DNA of 32,000 nucleotides from Demequinaceae bacterium (GTDB lineage: Bacteria > Actinomycetota > Actinomycetes > Actinomycetales > Demequinaceae), in the NCBI GenBank assembly GCA_965250005.1, contig OZ252279.1, positions 300,001 through 332,000 of the forward strand, in the 5' to 3' direction. The position numbers and the translations under genes were made by a program. Numbering within the stretch: position 1 is the first letter of the stretch; each line of letters opens with the position of its first letter. This document shows, in pieces, positions 29,379-32,000 of this stretch. The notes under the pieces were generated by a model. That model did not search any database. It was not told where the DNA came from and saw nothing but the letters and a program-made list of their open reading frames with translations.

Positions 29379-30423
29379 TTCCCAGGCTGACGGCGCCGTC
29401 GGTCCCGCCAGTTTGCGCGTCGACGATTCGATCCCACCGGTCGTTCGCGTCGTCGTCGATCCCACGCCGCGACTCGTCCGCCTCGAACCACGCGACCGTC
29501 TCCCGGATGCCCTCGGCGAACGGGATTTTCGCGTCAAAGTCGGGGACCGCGGACTTGATCTTGGAGTTGTCGAACACGGTTGAGTGCACCTTGTCGCCCC
29601 ACAGGGTTCCCTCGAAGCGCTCGCGGTCCTCGGCAATGAATGCGTCCGTAGGGACGTGGACAACCTGTCGCGCAAACGTGCGCGGAGGAATGCCCGCCGC
29701 ATCGGCGACGGCGGCGTAGATCTGGTTCCACGTCAGCACCTCGTCGGACGTGATGTGAAAGTCCTCGTTGATCGCGGTGGGATTGCCGAGCAGTCCCACC
29801 AGTCCCACGGCGAAGTCTCGATGGTGGGTGTTGACCCATAGAGACGTGCCGTCCCCGGGGATCAGGGTGGGAGCGCCCCGGCGCATCCGGTCGACAATGG
29901 TCCACGGCTTGGCCCGCGACCCGATGCACAGCCCGAACTGTGAGTAGCCGTACGTGAGCGACGGGCGCACAATGGTGAACGGTAGGCCCGAGTCGCGTAC
30001 CACCTGTTCGCAAGCGATCTTGTCGCGGCTGTACTGCCAATGCGGGTTTTCGAGCGGTGTCACGCCCTCGCGCACCAGGTAGTGCTGCGGCGGCTTCTGA
30101 TATGCGCTCGCGGACGAGATGAAGACGTACTGGTCGGTCAGCTCACGGAACGTCTCCATGTCCTCGGCAATGTGATCCGGGGTGTAGCCGATCCACTGCA
30201 CCACAGCGTCGAATATCTCTCCTCTGAGCCGCCGACCGCGCAATGAGGCTCGCAAGCCATCGGGGTCTCGCGCATCGGCCCGAATGACGTGAGCGCCTTC
30301 GGGAGGAAGCGCAACAGAAGATTCCCCGCGCGTAAGCACAGTGAGATCGTGCCCTCGCTCGACCGCCAGAGCCGATGACGCCGACGAGATCACGCCAGTC
30401 CCACCAATGAAGAGAATCCGCAT
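29359..30423 (-). CDS. NAD-dependent epimerase/dehydratase family protein
   Basis: MRILFIGGTGVISSASSALAVERGHDLTVLTRG; YVFISSASAYQKPPQHYL; WQYSRDKIACEQVV. Confidence 0.85.
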   Translation of the reverse strand: MRILFIGGTGVISSASSALAVERGHDLTVLTRGESSVALPPEGAHVIRADARDPDGLRASLRGRRLRGEIFDAVVQWIGYTPDHIAEDMETFRELTDQYVFISSASAYQKPPQHYLVREGVTPLENPHWQYSRDKIACEQVVRDSGLPFTIVRPSLTYGYSQFGLCIGSRAKPWTIVDRMRRGAPTLIPGDGTSLWVNTHHRDFAVGLVGLLGNPTAINEDFHITSDEVLTWNQIYAAVADAAGIPPRTFARQVVHVPTDAFIAEDRERFEGTLWGDKVHSTVFDNSKIKSAVPDFDAKIPFAEGIRETVAWFEADESRRGIDDDANDRWDRIVDAQTGGTDGAVSLGTTRRQR

Positions 30424-30553
30424 ACCGTCACCCTAGCCCCGCCGGGATTCATCGGCGGAACCGAGTCTGAGTTCCCTCCACCTTCGCGAAAGTGACTAAT
30501 ATAACGGCGAGTTTGGTCGCCCCAAAGGGGGGTCACGCAAGTAGCGTAGGGGG

Positions 30554-31399
30554 ATGGCCGAAACGCATGTTGCGCTCCTGCGCAAGGAGATGAGTTCGGC
30601 CCTACCCACTGACTGGCGAGACTCGGCGCCAGACGGCTACCCGCAGCAGATCGAGCTCGCATTAGTTGCTGCCGTCTTCCGCGGGGCTGACGAGCCCGAC
30701 GTCGCGTTTCAGGTGACCGCCCGCTACATGCAGGCGAGGCCGGGAAAGAGACTGGACGATCTCTCCGAAATGGGCAGGATGACCACTGGAGCAATCGGAG
30801 AGGCGGTCGGACCGCCGTTTGACGCGGCCTTGGCGATTGGGTCCAAGCGGCTGCGTGTGGATATTGCGGGGGACCTAGCGGCGTCACTATCCGCATTTGG
30901 GGTGAAGTCCGCCCAGGACTTCCTGGCGGCGTCCCGCGAGCGCGGTCTGGCGCTCGAGAAAACCTGCACAGACGTCAGCCACTCCGGACCCAGCACGTAC
31001 TTACAGTTGGCCACGTTGTTGCGTGCCGAAGTGCGTCCGGCAGGCGAAGTCGCGAGTTGGGTGCGTGAGGCTGTACGTGAGCCAGAGATGTCCAGGAGCG
31101 CGGTGCGTACACTGCTCCGCGAGACCGCCGCCAAGTCGAGCATCGAGCCCTTTATGCTTCACTACGCAATACTGCGCATGCTCAACGAGCGCGCAGTTAT
31201 TGCAGAGTCCGCGGCGCTGGCGAGTGGCGACGTTGCCGCGAAGAAGCCCGCAGCGAAGAAGGCTCCCGCCAGGAAGTCCGCGGTGAAGAAGCCCGCAGCG
31301 AAGAAGGCTCCCGCCAGGAAGTCCGCGGTGAAGAAGCCCGCAGCGAAGAAGGCTCCCGCCAGGAAGTCCGCGGTGAAGAAGCCGTCCGCTACGAAGTAG
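30554..31399 (+). CDS. Hypothetical protein with lysine/alanine/proline-rich histone-H1-like C-terminal tail
   Basis: 281 aa. Folded N-terminal region followed by three KKPAAKKAPARKSAV units. Confidence 0.75.
   Translation: MAETHVALLRKEMSSALPTDWRDSAPDGYPQQIELALVAAVFRGADEPDVAFQVTARYMQARPGKRLDDLSEMGRMTTGAIGEAVGPPFDAALAIGSKRLRVDIAGDLAASLSAFGVKSAQDFLAASRERGLALEKTCTDVSHSGPSTYLQLATLLRAEVRPAGEVASWVREAVREPEMSRSAVRTLLRETAAKSSIEPFMLHYAILRMLNERAVIAESAALASGDVAAKKPAAKKAPARKSAVKKPAAKKAPARKSAVKKPAAKKAPARKSAVKKPSATK
31241..31375 (+). repeat. Three perfect 45-bp tandem repeats inside the preceding CDS
   Basis: Unit aagaagcccgcagcgaagaaggctcccgccaggaagtccgcggtg x3, followed by a partial copy (aagaagccg). Confidence 0.92.
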
Positions 31400-31889
31400 G
31401 GCGCGCCATCAGCGCCACGCGCACGGTTCCGTCTTTGGTGTCGTGCTCGCCGATGCGCCGGAAGCCCATGTGCTCGTGGAATGCCAGCGAACCTGGGTTT
31501 GGTGGTAACAAGTTCACCTCACACGTGATCTCGTTAGCGCCACGGTCGCGCGCACGCTGGAAGACCGATTCGTACAGCGCACGGCCGACGCCCGTCCCCT
31601 TGGCCTGTGCAGAGACGACAATCCGGTCGATGTACTGGTGTGCGACGCCGCGGGACTCGAACCAGGCATAGTTTTCGCTCGCGTACTTCTCGCCGGGGCC
31701 CAGGCTGAGCAGGAACGCGATGACGGTGCCTCCGGCATCACTTGCAACGAGCGCGACGTCGCACAATTTGTGGACTTCGGCCAGCTCGTTTTCTGCCAGT
31801 GCGTTGACGTGAGGTACGGCCGCCGAGTTGAGGATTGCGACGGCGGGCAGGTCGGCGTCGCGCATTACGCGAAGCCGAAAGTTCTGCAT
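31389..31889 (-). CDS. GNAT family N-acetyltransferase
   Basis: MQNFRLRVMRDADLPAVAILNSAAVPHVNALAE...YIDRIVVSAQAKGTGVGRALYESVFQRARDRG...NPGSLAFHEHMGFRRIGEH. An alternative start is at 31913. Confidence 0.85.
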   Translation of the reverse strand: MQNFRLRVMRDADLPAVAILNSAAVPHVNALAENELAEVHKLCDVALVASDAGGTVIAFLLSLGPGEKYASENYAWFESRGVAHQYIDRIVVSAQAKGTGVGRALYESVFQRARDRGANEITCEVNLLPPNPGSLAFHEHMGFRRIGEHDTKDGTVRVALMARPTS

Positions 31890-32000
31890 GGGTCTATTGT
31901 GGCGGTTTTCCACCGTTTGCGCCGCATATAGCGTGACGTGAGCCGAGCGAAATCTTGACGGACGCTGCTGGCGCGATCAGTGCGTGGACGTGCAGGCGGA

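Noticed and set aside
1-32000. tRNA, rRNA, retron or diversity-generating retroelement signatures
   Set aside because: No reverse-transcriptase motif (YxDD context), no recognisable tRNA TTCGA/anticodon arrangement and no rRNA-like sequence was noticed. Not tested with tRNAscan or covariance models.

Overview
This is a high-GC actinobacterial-type window. (1) Left edge to about 6.06 kb looks like a defence island: the 3' part of one m5C DNA methyltransferase, a second complete m5C methyltransferase, and a 1,091-aa helicase-less type ISP-like nuclease/N6-methylase/specificity protein. These three genes have overlapping stop/start codons. A stand-alone SIR2-like protein follows on the same strand. 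(2) About 6.1-9.8 kb carries a lipoprotein with a duplicated 3' end, a LysE-type exporter, a ROK regulator, a permease-like C-terminal remnant and a small thioredoxin-fold protein. (3) 9830-11133 is an IS3-family element with imperfect terminal inverted repeats and no 3-bp target duplication. Its right end directly truncates a displaced copy of an RHS/YD-repeat core. (4) 13.3-23.8 kb (minus strand) holds a 3048-aa Sec-type secreted FG-GAP/Ig-like/YD-repeat/RHS protein with a distinct C-terminal tip, a 7-bp-overlapping putative immunity gene and a run of small coupled ORFs. A 2.12-kb near-identical duplication (11134-13255 versus 15318-17439) with mosaic divergence flanks the tip/immunity region, which suggests a toxin-tip exchange locus. 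(5) 23.9-24.6 kb contains 3' fragments of ispE and transaldolase genes, followed by ordinary chromosomal genes: an ACT-domain protein, lipoproteins, a radical SAM protein, an Nramp transporter, an NAD-epimerase, a protein with a histone-H1-like repetitive tail, and a GNAT protein. The best candidates for something undescribed are the RHS tip/immunity/duplication locus and the coupled m5C-m5C-type-ISP-like operon with its neighbouring SIR2 gene. All family names come from reading motifs by eye; no database search was run.
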